This document shows, piece by piece, positions 41,619 to 53,883 of a stretch of DNA of 64,000 nt. The position numbers were made by a program, and so were the translations under genes. The DNA lies in NCBI RefSeq assembly GCF_009914755.1, contig NC_060926.1. One strand, 5' to 3'. Source of the stretch: the human T2T-CHM13v2.0 reference genome, Homo sapiens. Positions within the stretch are counted from its first letter, which is position 1. The number at the start of each line of letters is the position of its first letter. Under the pieces are notes generated by a model, which was not told where the DNA came from, ran no database searches, and saw only the letters and a list, made by a program, of their open reading frames with translations.

Positions 41619-42060
41619 CTAGTATAAGTGAGTCCTACTCAAGATTCTGACATATTACAATTGCATAATAACGTGAACCATTAGGGAAAATAGTACTTTT
41701 ATTATTTTTAATAACTGTACACATCATGAAAGTACATAGTGAAAATATTTGTGGCACAAGATAACTTTGATGTCTCCAAAATTATACCACACACACGGCT
41801 ATTTATCAATTATGTTCGAGTTGGCATGCTGTTTTTCTTGCCATAAACCCAGAAAATGAACTTCTTTAACACAGATGAAAGATAATACCCAAGGTAGTAA
41901 GAATTTCTAGAAAAACAATACCAATTTTCTTCCAATATCTTGAATTATTCTGGAAACGTGCCTGCTGTTTGAGAGAAGGGATTGTTTTAAACCACATCAG
42001 GAGAGATCATTTGTCTTATGGATTAACATAAATAATGTACTCTCAGAACACACAAAAAGG

Positions 42061-42160
42061 GCTGCTCTGCCTATGGAGTAGCCACTCTTTATTCATTTAC
42101 TTTCCTAATAAACTTTTCACTTACACACACACACGCACACACACACACACACACAGACAC
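42061..42160 (+). mobile_element. Short ERV1 LTR fragment (MER41/LTR8-like poly(A) region) followed by (CA)n
   Basis: GCCTATGGAGTAGCCACTCTTTATTCATTTACTTTCCTAATAAACTT is the MER41/LTR8-type R-region motif; CA repeat at 42123-42160. Confidence 0.6.
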
Positions 42161-42589
42161 AAAGGACCAGATAACTTTCTAATATACTGTACATCAAAAT
42201 ATAAGAAAACATATTATATATAACAGAAATACATAAGCAATAAGCAAGTTGAATTTTTTTGTAAATTTGGGATTTATAAGGCACGAATCCTTCATCTGAA
42301 TTACGCAGAGAAACAGCAGGAAATGATCAATAAGAAGAGATTAAAGTTTTCAATTAAAATTTGCCTAAGGCATAGATATAAATTTCACTATGATGTAATA
42401 ATATGCTTTGGCTTTTTCACAAGCCAAAATGCGAGAAAATATTTTTGTTAGAAGTGGATTGTCATGAATGTTGTGTTTACCTCTCGACAAGGTCAAAGAT
42501 GATGCATTGGAAAATTTCAACAATAACAATGAAACTTTAAAACTACTATAGACCAAAATACAATTAATCATTTTCCAACTTTTTTTTAA

Positions 42590-42724
<135 letters not shown>

Positions 42725-44772
42725 TGAGTATCCAATGAAATTGTAAGTTTTCTTAAAACATGACCAAAAAAGGGGTATAGGGGGAGTCAGAAATAAAGGG
42801 CACAAATCTATTTATTACTGTACCCAGAATAAGGCACACATGTTTTCATGGCCTTCTGTAGGCTGTAAACAGTAATTTGAATTAGAATTTTATGCAAACA
42901 CCTGTTTAATGCACATTTCAGTAAAAAGCCAAAATTACTGTAATTTTGGATTAAAAAATAAACTTTATGTTATTATTTAAGTTATCTTAGTTGAAAGCTA
43001 CCCCATTTCTTGGTGATACTCAAACATTGGATTGAGGAAGACAGCAAGGCAGTATCTTATGACCCTTTTAACAAAAAGAGTTTTTAGAGATACTTTTTAA
43101 AATGAAAATTTGGAGAACTTCTATTTAAAATTATGTTTAAGATTCTTTTTCTAAAAAAGGATAAGAATTTTGCTTGAGAAGCAGACCAACATTAAGTGCG
43201 CTGTGAATAAATTCTAACTGGGCTGTTAGAGGTTCACAACTTTTAAACTTTGATCTGCTTCTAACAGTGAGCAGCTATTAGGTGTGAACAGTGTTGTAAT
43301 TCAGACTTTACAATTCAAGCCAGGGCAAAGTTATTAAAAGAAGACTTTTTAAAAGTAGTCTTTGTTTCTCCAATCAATAAAGCCTCTCTTATTATTGTCT
43401 ATATCAAAATTATTTCATTCCAAATCTACTTTTTGCTGAATAATGTTATGGGATACGTTGACATATCGAAACATTGTTAGGGATGCCAAATTTGTAAAAA
43501 CCAAAATAAAATGTATATGTATTTGGAATCCTACATCCAACTGTTAAAAACAGATGTTACTGCTGTTCAGTTACACTAATCAGATATGTTTACTTTTTGT
43601 GGTAATGAATAAAAAATTATACAAATTTTAACTATAGAGAATCATGGAACCTATGTAACTTAACGCTCTACAAATAGCATTTGCAAATATAAATTATGAT
43701 ATATTAAGTGAACTAGAGCTAATAATGATATACACAAAAAGCAATACTGTTTATTTAAATTATTATCCTCAGTATAAAGCACATATTTTACATTATATGT
43801 ACACACAGCCACACATACATGATTTTCCCATTAATTTTATGCTTCAAAAGATGGGAAAAGAAGTCATTCTGTTACTTAGCAGATAAAGCTAAATGAAGCA
43901 ATACATTGTGTTAGTGGTTAGATAAAGGAAATATCCAACTAAAATTTTCTTGTCTACTTATAATATTTAAAACACTGAATTTTTAGAATAGCAGGAATTT
44001 TCTTCACACAGAGTTCTGCTAAGGATAAGGTTTAGGGTTTCTTATATTTATGTGTTTGTCAGTATAGTTCTTTTCATCAGAACTCACTACAGTGTAATGT
44101 AATTCCAAATAAGTTATATTTTAAGTGAATTGTCTTTTATCTTGCATTTACTGCATGTTATGATATAATGTATAACTTCAGGATAATTTTAAATATTGAG
44201 ACTAACAATTTCAAAAGAGTCAAAGCTCTCATAAAGCTAGTACTATCTCTTAGTTACCTTTGCCCATACCAATTGGGCTATAGTAGACTCTTGGTGAATG
44301 CTGGGTGAATTGAATTGTTCAACTGAATTCCCAGCTTTTCTGCAGTCATGATTAAGGGTTTTGTTTAGAACTTTCATCATATTTACCATATAGCATCAAT
44401 GATATTAAGTATGTGTGAATCAAAAGTAATTTTACTTTAGACAATACAACACTTCAAAATATCACAGAAGAGGCCATGAAGGTAGACAATTTTGGTCAGA
44501 TAGAACTGGTTAAGAGCATATCCTCAACATTGCTCATAACAGCTATAAAAGCAACTTCAGGACAATATTTCCAAGTTATTCCAAACAGTAACCAACAAGT
44601 AAATGATATTGTGGCACCATGGAAAGTACTTACACCATATGAAGGCAATTCTGTCACAAAGATTTTAAAATTTGAAAAAATATTATAATGACTTTTTAAA
44701 GATGAAAATATTTGACTATTTTTTTTTCTCAAAAGTGTGCTATTTAACACATGCTTCTGTTTCTCTCTCTAG

Positions 44773-47700
44773 TGCTCCTGGAAGTGGCCCCATGTTCAAA
44801 TCAACAACTGTTACTGTGAGAGAAAACTGTAATGAAATTTCCCAACGAGTTGTTGTGGATTCAGTTAATAACCAGCAAGATTTCAAATATACTTTGATTC
44901 ATAGTGAAGAGAATACTAAAGATGCTACCACTGTTGCTGAAGATCCAGAAAGTGCAAATAATTATACAGCAAAAAATAACCAAGTTGGGGATCAAGCCCA
45001 GGGGATTCACAGACACAAAATCGGCTTTTCTTTTGCATTTCCAAAGAAAGCGTCCGTGAAGCTAGAGTCCTCAGCTGCAGCCTTCTCTGAATACAGTGAT
45101 GATGCCTCAGTGGGAAAAGGATTTAGCAGAAAAAGTAGATTTGTCCCCAGTGCTTGTCATCTTCAACAATCTTCACCAACAGATGTGCTTTTGAGTTCTG
45201 AGGAGAAAACTAACTCTTTTCATCCACCAGAGGCAATGTGCAGAGACAAAGAAACTGTTCAAACTCAAGAGATAAAAGAAGTCTCTAGTGAAAAAGATGC
45301 ATTATTATTACCTTCATTTTGCAAGTTTCAACTTCAGTTATCTTCTGATGCAGATAATTGTCAAAATTCAGTCCCATTAGCAGATCAAATACCACTAGAG
45401 AGTGTTGTTATTAATGAAGACATACCTGTTAGTGGTAACAGTTTTGAGTTGTTAGGAAATAAATCCACAGTTCTTGACATGTCTAATGATTGCATATCTG
45501 TGCAAGCTACCACAGAGGAAAATGTTAAGCATAACGAGGCATCCACAACTGAGGTTGAAAATAAAAATGGTCCCGAGACATTGGCCCCTTCAAATACTGA
45601 AGAGGTTAACATAACTATACATAAGAAAACAAATTTCTGCAAAAGACAATGTGAGCCATTTGTACCTGTCCTTAACAAACACAGATCTACAGTTCTTCAG
45701 TGGCCATCAGAAATGCTGGTTTATACAACTACGAAACCATCAATTTCCTATAGCTGTAATCCTCTATGTTTTGACTTCAAGTCTACTAAAGTAAATAATA
45801 ATCTAGATAAAAATAAGCCAGGCTTAAAAGATCTTTGTTCTCAGCAGAAGCAGGAAGACGTTTGCATGGGACCACTTTCAGATTACAAGGATGTATCTAC
45901 AGAAGGACTCACTGATTATGAAATTGGAAGTAGCAAAAATAAATGCAGCCAAGTCACTCCTCTTTTGGCTGATGATATTCTCTCCAGTAGTTGTGATTCT
46001 GGAAAAAATGAGAACACGAGTCAGAGGTATAAAAACATTTCCTGTAAGATCAGAGAAACAGAAAAGTATAATTTTACTAAAAGTCAAATAAAACAGGACA
46101 CTCTAGATGAAAAATACAACAAAATAAGGTTGAAAGAGACCCATGAATACTGGTTCCATAAAAGTAGAAGAAAGAAAAAAAGAAAAAAGTTATGTCAGCA
46201 TCATCATATGGAGAAAACCAAAGAATCAGAAACTCGCTGCAAAATGGAAGCAGAGAATAGTTACACTGAAAATGCTGGGAAATATCTATTGGAACCAATT
46301 TCAGAAAAGCAGTATTTAGCTGCAGAGCAATTATTAGACTCACATCAGTTACTTGATAAAAGGCCCAAATCAGAATCCATATCCTTAAGTGACAATGAAG
46401 AAATGTGTAAAACATGGAATACTGAATACAACACTTATGATACTATCAGTTCTAAAAACCACTGTAAAAAGAACACAATACTTTTAAATGGACAATCAAA
46501 TGCAACAATGATACATTCTGGGAAACATAATTTAACATATTCTAGAACTTACTGTTGTTGGAAAACCAAAATGTCAAGCTGTAGTCAGGATCACAGAAGC
46601 TTAGTTCTTCAAAATGATATGAAACGCATGAGTCAGAATCAGGCTGTTAAAAGAGGTTACAATTCTGTCATGAATGAATCAGAAAGATTCTATCGAAAAC
46701 GTAGACAACATTCACATTCTTATTCTTCAGATGAAAGTTTAAATCGACAGAATCATTTACCAGAAGAATTTTTGAGGCCACCAAGTACTTCAGTTGCTCC
46801 CTGCAAGCCTAAAAAGAAACGGAGGCGAAAAAGAGGCAGATTCCACCCCGGATTTGAAACTTTAGAACTCAAAGAAAATACAGATTATCCCGTGAAAGAC
46901 AATTCTTCCTTAAATCCTCTGGATAGGTTAATAAGTGAAGACAAAAAAGAGAAAATGAAACCACAAGAAGTTGCAAAAATCGAAAGGAACTCAGAACAAA
47001 CAAACCAATTAAGAAACAAACTGTCTTTCCACCCTAACAATCTCCTTCCTTCTGAAACCAATGGTGAAACTGAGCATTTAGAAATGGAGACCACTTCTGG
47101 TGAATTGTCAGATGTTTCCAATGATCCCACCACATCTGTCTGTGTAGCTAGTGCCCCAACAAAAGAAGCAATTGACAATACCCTGCTTGAACACAAAGAA
47201 AGAAGTGAGAATATAAATCTTAATGAAAAGCAAATTCCTTTTCAGGTGCCTAATATTGAAAGGAACTTTAGACAGTCACAGCCTAAATCCTATCTTTGCC
47301 ATTATGAACTGGCTGAGGCCCTTCCACAAGGAAAGATGAATGAGACACCAACTGAGTGGCTGCGTTATAATTCAGGAATCCTTAACACACAACCACCATT
47401 ACCATTCAAAGAAGCACATGTCAGTGGTCATACTTTTGTAACAGCTGAGCAAATCCTGGCTCCATTAGCTTTACCAGAGCAAGCATTATTGATCCCACTA
47501 GAAAACCATGACAAATTCAAAAATGTACCATGTGAGGTCTACCAGCACATTCTGCAGCCAAACATGCTGGCCAACAAGGTTAAATTTACCTTTCCTCCAG
47601 CTGCCCTCCCACCCCCTAGCACACCTCTGCAGCCTTTGCCTTTGCAGCAGTCCTTATGTTCTACCTCTGTAACCACTATCCATCACACTGTTTTGCAGCA

Positions 47701-48016
47701 GCACGCTGCAGCTGCTGCAGCTGCAGCTGCAGCCGCAGCTGCAGGAACCTTTAAAGTGCTTCAGCCACACCAACAGTTTCTTTCCCAAATCCCAGCTCTC
47801 ACCAGAACCTCATTACCTCAGCTCTCAGTAGGACCAGTAGGACCGAGGCTTTGTCCTGGGAACCAGCCAACTTTTGTTGCTCCTCCTCAGATGCCAATCA
47901 TTCCAGCTTCCGTTCTTCATCCTAGCCATCTGGCTTTCCCATCTTTACCCCATGCACTCTTTCCTTCACTGCTTTCCCCACACCCTACTGTCATCCCTTT
48001 GCAACCTCTCTTCTAG
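44773..48016 (+). CDS. ZNF804A: ZNF804A exon 4 coding part (last exon, residues ~129-1209)
   Basis: Acceptor TTTCTCTCTCTAG|; TG+T completes Cys, then APGSGPMFKSTTV...IGFSFAFPKK...VLQWPSEM...PSISYSCNPLCFDF...polyAla...PLQPLF*; 3244 nt, consistent with the 1209-aa protein. Confidence 0.98.
47705..47743 (+). repeat. ZNF804A: Coding polyalanine tract (13 Ala; GCT/GCA/GCC)
   Basis: GCTGCAGCTGCTGCAGCTGCAGCTGCAGCCGCAGCTGCA, in frame. Confidence 0.95.
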
Positions 48017-48480
48017 TCATCACCATAATGGGAAAAAAATACTCTTGTGAAAACTATTGCTATATGCGTTAAGTGTTCATCTATGTGGGTACATGGCTAT
48101 TTAACTGGTGGAAATAAACTGGCCGATACATGGCGTCATTGGTTTGAAATCATTTACTGTAAGTGCAATGATGCAAATAAATCCCTAAGTTTCTGATATA
48201 TAATATTATTAAAGCACTGAATAGTTTGAAAATCAATACAATATATGCTATATATTAAAATGATGTCTTAAGAGTATGTATAATGTACATAAAATATATT
48301 TATAGTACTCTAATTTATGTTGTAAAGTATGCTCCCTTGGTTTTTCTTAATCTTTGTGTATTTGCACCTATTTAATGTTTAGACAAAGCTGATGGCACTA
48401 TGTTTTGTATCATGTTCCTTGAAACTGTAAATTCAGTGAAAAATATCTCTTGCAATAAATTTTTGTTAACTATTTAAGTA
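48017..48480 (+). other. ZNF804A: ZNF804A 3' UTR
   Basis: AU-rich sequence from the stop codon to ~20 nt past the distal AATAAA; the end position is inferred. Confidence 0.8.
48454..48459 (+). terminator. Polyadenylation signal AATAAA (likely main site; others at 48113-48118 and 48176-48181)
   Basis: AATAAA followed ~30 nt later by a U/GU-rich element (CTTTTGTTTTTAGTTGGTTTT). Confidence 0.8.
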
Positions 48481-49172
48481 AATCGAACTTTTGTTTTTAG
48501 TTGGTTTTCCCTGTTTTAGGAATGTATAGTAACAATAGGTGTTGGATTTATATCACTTTACTCATACACAGGAATCTCTGAATCTCCAAGGCCCATCAAA
48601 ACATCCTTGGAGCTCTATCAATACTTTAACTATGATACTATCTTTTAGAATAGTGTAACAGAGGGTCGATTTGTTTTTCTGTTTTTCCAATGTTACTTAT
48701 ACTCAAAGTTTACTATATTTTCTAAACAATTGACCCCCTCTTTAGACAATAATCCATGGAAATTCACGTTAAAGTAATTTTAGTATTTGGGTGGGTAATA
48801 ACTCAAAAATACGCAAAGTATGTAGTACTCTTTCTGGAACTCTAGAACAGGACTAATAGACAAGCAATGGTAAATAACCAATATAAGTGCTTATAATGTT
48901 TAAATTCCCAAATTTATTGTGTTTATTTTTAATTATTGTGGGAAATACGTGGAAATATTGGCATGAATTAAGGAATAGGTTTAACTTTAATAAACCACTG
49001 CCTGTTATATAACATCTTGGGATGAACGGCGTAAACACAATCTGTATAAGGATGTTACTCTTAATTGAGAATCTGGAAGTGGGATGGAGAGTAAATAAAT
49101 AGTCCTTCTACCTGCAAATCTTTCTAGTAGTTATGCTTGTATTGTATTTTTAAATCGCTCAGGAACAATTAG

Positions 49173-49565
<393 letters not shown>

Positions 49566-51329
49566 TAGAGAACTAGGAAATAGCACGCTTTCCCCAAGAA
49601 TATTTCTTATACCTGTCCCAGTCCATACCATTGGCAAGACAAAGTATACATCCCTTTTAAAGTGGGTTGTCCTCACCATTTGCAATAAGAGCAGATTATA
49701 GTAGCCTGGCAATAAATCCAGGGTTTCAGAGCCCAATTGAGTCACTTTAAATGGAAAGCAAGTTTTAAATGATGCTGTACTGAGGAAATATTGTATATGG
49801 CTAGCATAGGAACTGGATTACCCTAAATAATTAGGGACCTAAAAGTATTTTCCCATATAAAAATAATCAATATTTAATTATATCTTATGTAAGAAAAATA
49901 AGAAAGAAAATCTAGGCCATTTACTTTCATGATATTTGGCATAATAATCACTGGTTTATTTGAAGGTTCACCTGAAAAATGCTTGTGAAAGACTGAGTAT
50001 ACCATTTAATGATTGACTAATAAGTAGATAAAAATAATAAGGAAGCAATTCCATGTCAAATGCTGTAAGATAATATGTTCAAAAAACAGGAACTAAAATT
50101 GGAAAGGATGATTTTTTCCCCAGGCAAAATATTTGAAACTATCTTTGAAGATAAAATAGATGGAGATATCTACTGGGGAATGCTGACCCAGTTTGTTTTT
50201 AATCTGTCAAAGCAGAATTGCTGTTTTTGATGTTAAAAAATCAAACCAAGTGTTTGACTTTAAAACATGCATATTTTCCTCTTCTTTGTATCTTCTATCA
50301 TCTTGGTTGTTCACCTCTTACCTCTTGTTTTAATCCTGCAATTGCTTTGTTTATTGATCTTTGTTGATGTTATTGCAGACATCATTTGTGTATTATGTGC
50401 CTCCTTTTCTTTCACCATGTTATCATTCATGTTTTTCAAATTCTGCTTCTCTCTTATTTATTTGTTAAATGATATGGTTAGGTATGGTTAACTTTTTAGT
50501 TGTAGGAGAATGTGCCTGATTGCTAGATATATGACAGGAATTTCTAGAAACTTTGAGGAGGAAAGTTCTCTATTAAGATTAATTAAAACTCAGCTTTACA
50601 GATAAAATAATTGGTTCTCATGGATACCAGGTCTGGACAAGAAACTTGAACCTAGTTAATCACTGTCAAAGTCAGTCTGATTATAAAAAATTCTTCTAGT
50701 TTTCTGATACATTGCTAAGATATTGCTTACATGGTCTGGGCATCTGTTATGTGTCAAGGACTCAAAATGAATGGATGGTGAGACACACATATTCAACTAT
50801 TCTGACAACATCAACTCCAGAATCAAGGAAATCAGGCCAATAGGCTGAAGAACAACAATGAGCAGAGCAACCAGACAGGTAAGTCAGAGAGCTGTCATTA
50901 GGCAGTGAGGCTGTCAGAGGACCACCAGGCAAGCCCACATTAATGGCAGCAAGAGTCAAGCCATTCGGGCAGTCATACTCTGGAAGTAGTTTTGGATGCT
51001 GGCTGACAGTGTGCTATAAGGTGTATCCTGAAGAAAAAATTTCAGTCCTTTCCCAGCATGAATTGTTGTACATCCTATATACTTTGGAAATTTAAATGAT
51101 TCTAACACTATCTCTTACCCACCATCTCTAGTCTGCTAGTTACAGGCATTGTCATACCATTTGTTATTGTAAGGATGAATGATTTGGAAAATAGAATGAA
51201 ACCTTAATGTAGAAAGTAACTGTAGCCAATTAACAAAGGTTTTTACATTGGATAATAGGAAGGAAAGTCATCCACAACTTCAACTACTATGCATGTGTCA
51301 ATTATACATTTTCACCAAGTTTTTTTTAT

Positions 51330-52215
51330 AAGTCAAAGTCCTATATCAAACTATCCACAGGACATCTTAACCTGGATATCTTCCAAGTATTTTGAACTCA
51401 GAACTCAAACCCATCATCTTACTTTATACATACTACCAAAATCTGTTCTTTTCTCTGTTTCCAAACTTTGTGGATATCATTATAATAAAACCTGTTATTC
51501 AAGTTATAAGTTTATGCCCACATCAAAGCAATCAAGAACCATTTGGCTCTATTTCCTTAAATTTTTTTTCAATTCCATTTCTCCTGCTTTTAGTTGTCCA
51601 TATGCTGAATTGCTGTTTTAAATCAATGTCTCCATCCTCCCAGTCTCCCTTTTCTGCAATTCATCTTCTAACACTGCTCTCACCAGGGCTACATTTTTAA
51701 AATGTAGTCTTATTATGACATGTCCTTACTTTAAAACTTATTCAGAGTTTTCAATTATTCTCAAGATAAACACCAAAGTCCTTAGTATGTCTTGGAAAAT
51801 CTGTGCTGAAGTAGGTTCCAGCCTCTCAGGATCATTCCTTCCAGCTCTCCTCTGGGCCAACCATTCTAATGTACTGATCTAAATCTCCCTTGAGATTGTG
51901 TGAGCATGTTTTGCTGTCCTACAATGCCCTACTCTCTCTATATTTCTTCACTTGGATAACCACTAAAGAGCCAAAATTCAAGATGTCGATTTCTTTTAGG
52001 AATTCTCTCCCAGGTTCCCCCTCTCCCCTAATGAGATGGCTTCTTGTCTTCTCTCTTCCTGTAACATGCCGAGCACAAATTTTGTCATAGAGTATTCTCT
52101 GTGTCGAATATATTGCCTTGTTTGTCAAAATCACTAGACTGAGAGCTCCTTGAGTCTCTGTAGAATGTTAACACATAGTAAACATTTAACAAAATTTTGT
52201 TAAGTGAAGAATAAA
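51330..52215 (+). mobile_element. Ancient L2 LINE fragments
   Basis: Degenerate L2-like motifs (CTAGACTGAGAGCTCCTTGAG, CACATAGTAAACATTTAACAAA); low similarity. Confidence 0.45.
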
Positions 52216-53575
52216 ATGAATTGAAAAAATATAATTAAAATCTATGAAGAGTGTACTAGGGTTCCAGAATTGTTACCTATTTTTACTCCAAATAAGTCCT
52301 AAATCCTTCTAAATAAAAAGATAATTTTTCAAAACTAAATACGGTTTCAACATGTTAAATATATAGAACTTTTTTTTAATGGAATTGTAGATCACTTAAA
52401 ATAGAACTCTACCACCAAAAATCAAAGCACAACTTTAACCCTTTCTTCTGGCCCAAGAGGAATGCTCAAACTTTACTGTATTGATCTTGATCTCAATGTA
52501 TTTATTTACCTACCTGCTTATCTATCTGTTTATTATTTATCTAATCTATCCTGCATCTATCATCTTTCTATCATTTTATTAATACTTGCTACCAAACATA
52601 ACATATTATTATGTATCAGACACTAAACTAGTTTTCAGGGCCAGAGATATTAATAGAACATATTGCTATTCAGATATTTGAGTCTAGTATGGAAAGCAGA
52701 CATGCAAAATCTTGTATTTAGCCATCCAAAGTTTGAGATTTCATTATTCATCAATTAAAATAGATTGAATTTATATTCAGCATTGCATTACACCACTGTC
52801 CTGTGTTCTTCATTCCTCATTGTTTTATCTACTTTTTTTTTTTTCTACTTATTCGTCTGCTAAGCCACTGTCACTTATGTGTCCTTGGGAGAGAATGTTG
52901 CCCCTGGGAAGTTTTCCAATAAGCTGTTTACCTTCTCTCACAAATAAAATTGGATAAAGGATTGAGACTTATTTATATCATGAGTTGATGCCCAAAGTCC
53001 TGCTTTAGAAGCAACAGTAGAAGCCTATGCAGTTAGTTCCAAAATGCTGATTTTGGCTGAAACATAGGCCACTGTCTACCACCCTTGTGGATTACATCCT
53101 TATCCCCCCAACCAAGATGGCAGGCATTGGTTCAGAGGAAGAGACCGCTTTTTGTTTTTTACACAAAGACATCATTGCCCACTAAGCCAAATGCCTATAG
53201 CAAGATACTTTTACTTATGGATACAAGCATTTTGTAGACTAGCAACTGCCCTGAGCTTTTGACCTTTAAGAATGTGAGCTCTGGAATCTACTTGAGCCTG
53301 GAAGTTCCTGGTAGAAAATTAAAAGTGTAACCAGCTTTCTTCTTATTTAATATCCTAAACTGTTATTTTTAAATAATCTCTTTTATTTTCTCCCTTAATC
53401 TCCTAAACTGTTATTTTAATCAGCTTAACGATAACCCACAACATTTGGACAAACTTGTTGTTTTTAAATTACTTCATTATTTTTATTGATAATTTATTGA
53501 TAACTCTTATTTTGAATATATGTGTTTACATATTTAATTAATATTAATATTTTCCGTTTTAAAAATTCTGGTTTT

Positions 53576-53883
53576 AGGAGAGGTGCGGGGGGGCGCACAC
53601 TTCTAATCCCAGCACTTTGGGAGGCCGAGGCAGGCAGATCACTTGAGGTCAGGAGTTTGAGATTAGCCTGGCTAACATGGTGAAAGCCCCTCTCTGCTAA
53701 AAATGCAAAAATTAGCCGGGCATGGTGGCAGGCACCTATAACGCCAGCTACTTGGCAGGCTGAGACAGAAAAATCGCCTGAACCCAGGAGGCAGAGGTTG
53801 CAATGAGTCAAAAAAAGCCAATTCACTCCAGGAACAGAGCAGGACTCTGTCTCAAAAAAAAAAAAAAAAAGAAAGAAAAAAAA
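53576..53883 (+). mobile_element. Alu SINE (AluS-like)
   Basis: TAATCCCAGCACTTTGGGAGGCCGAGG...CTCTGTCTC plus A tail; AAAAAT(T)CTGGTTT flanks both sides. Confidence 0.9.

Noticed and set aside
44672-44772. ORF track start of the 1114-aa protein
   Set aside because: It starts at TTG in intron 3, upstream of the splice acceptor at 44772; the canonical CDS continues from exon 3.
52186-52203. 18-bp perfect palindrome TTAACAAAATTTTGTTAA
   Set aside because: It is low-complexity AT-rich sequence at an L2-like 3' end, with no further supporting structure.
53348-53417. ~22-bp direct repeat TAAT(A/C)TCCTAAACTGTTATTTT with a short spacer
   Set aside because: It is a small local duplication with no recognisable inserted element between the copies.
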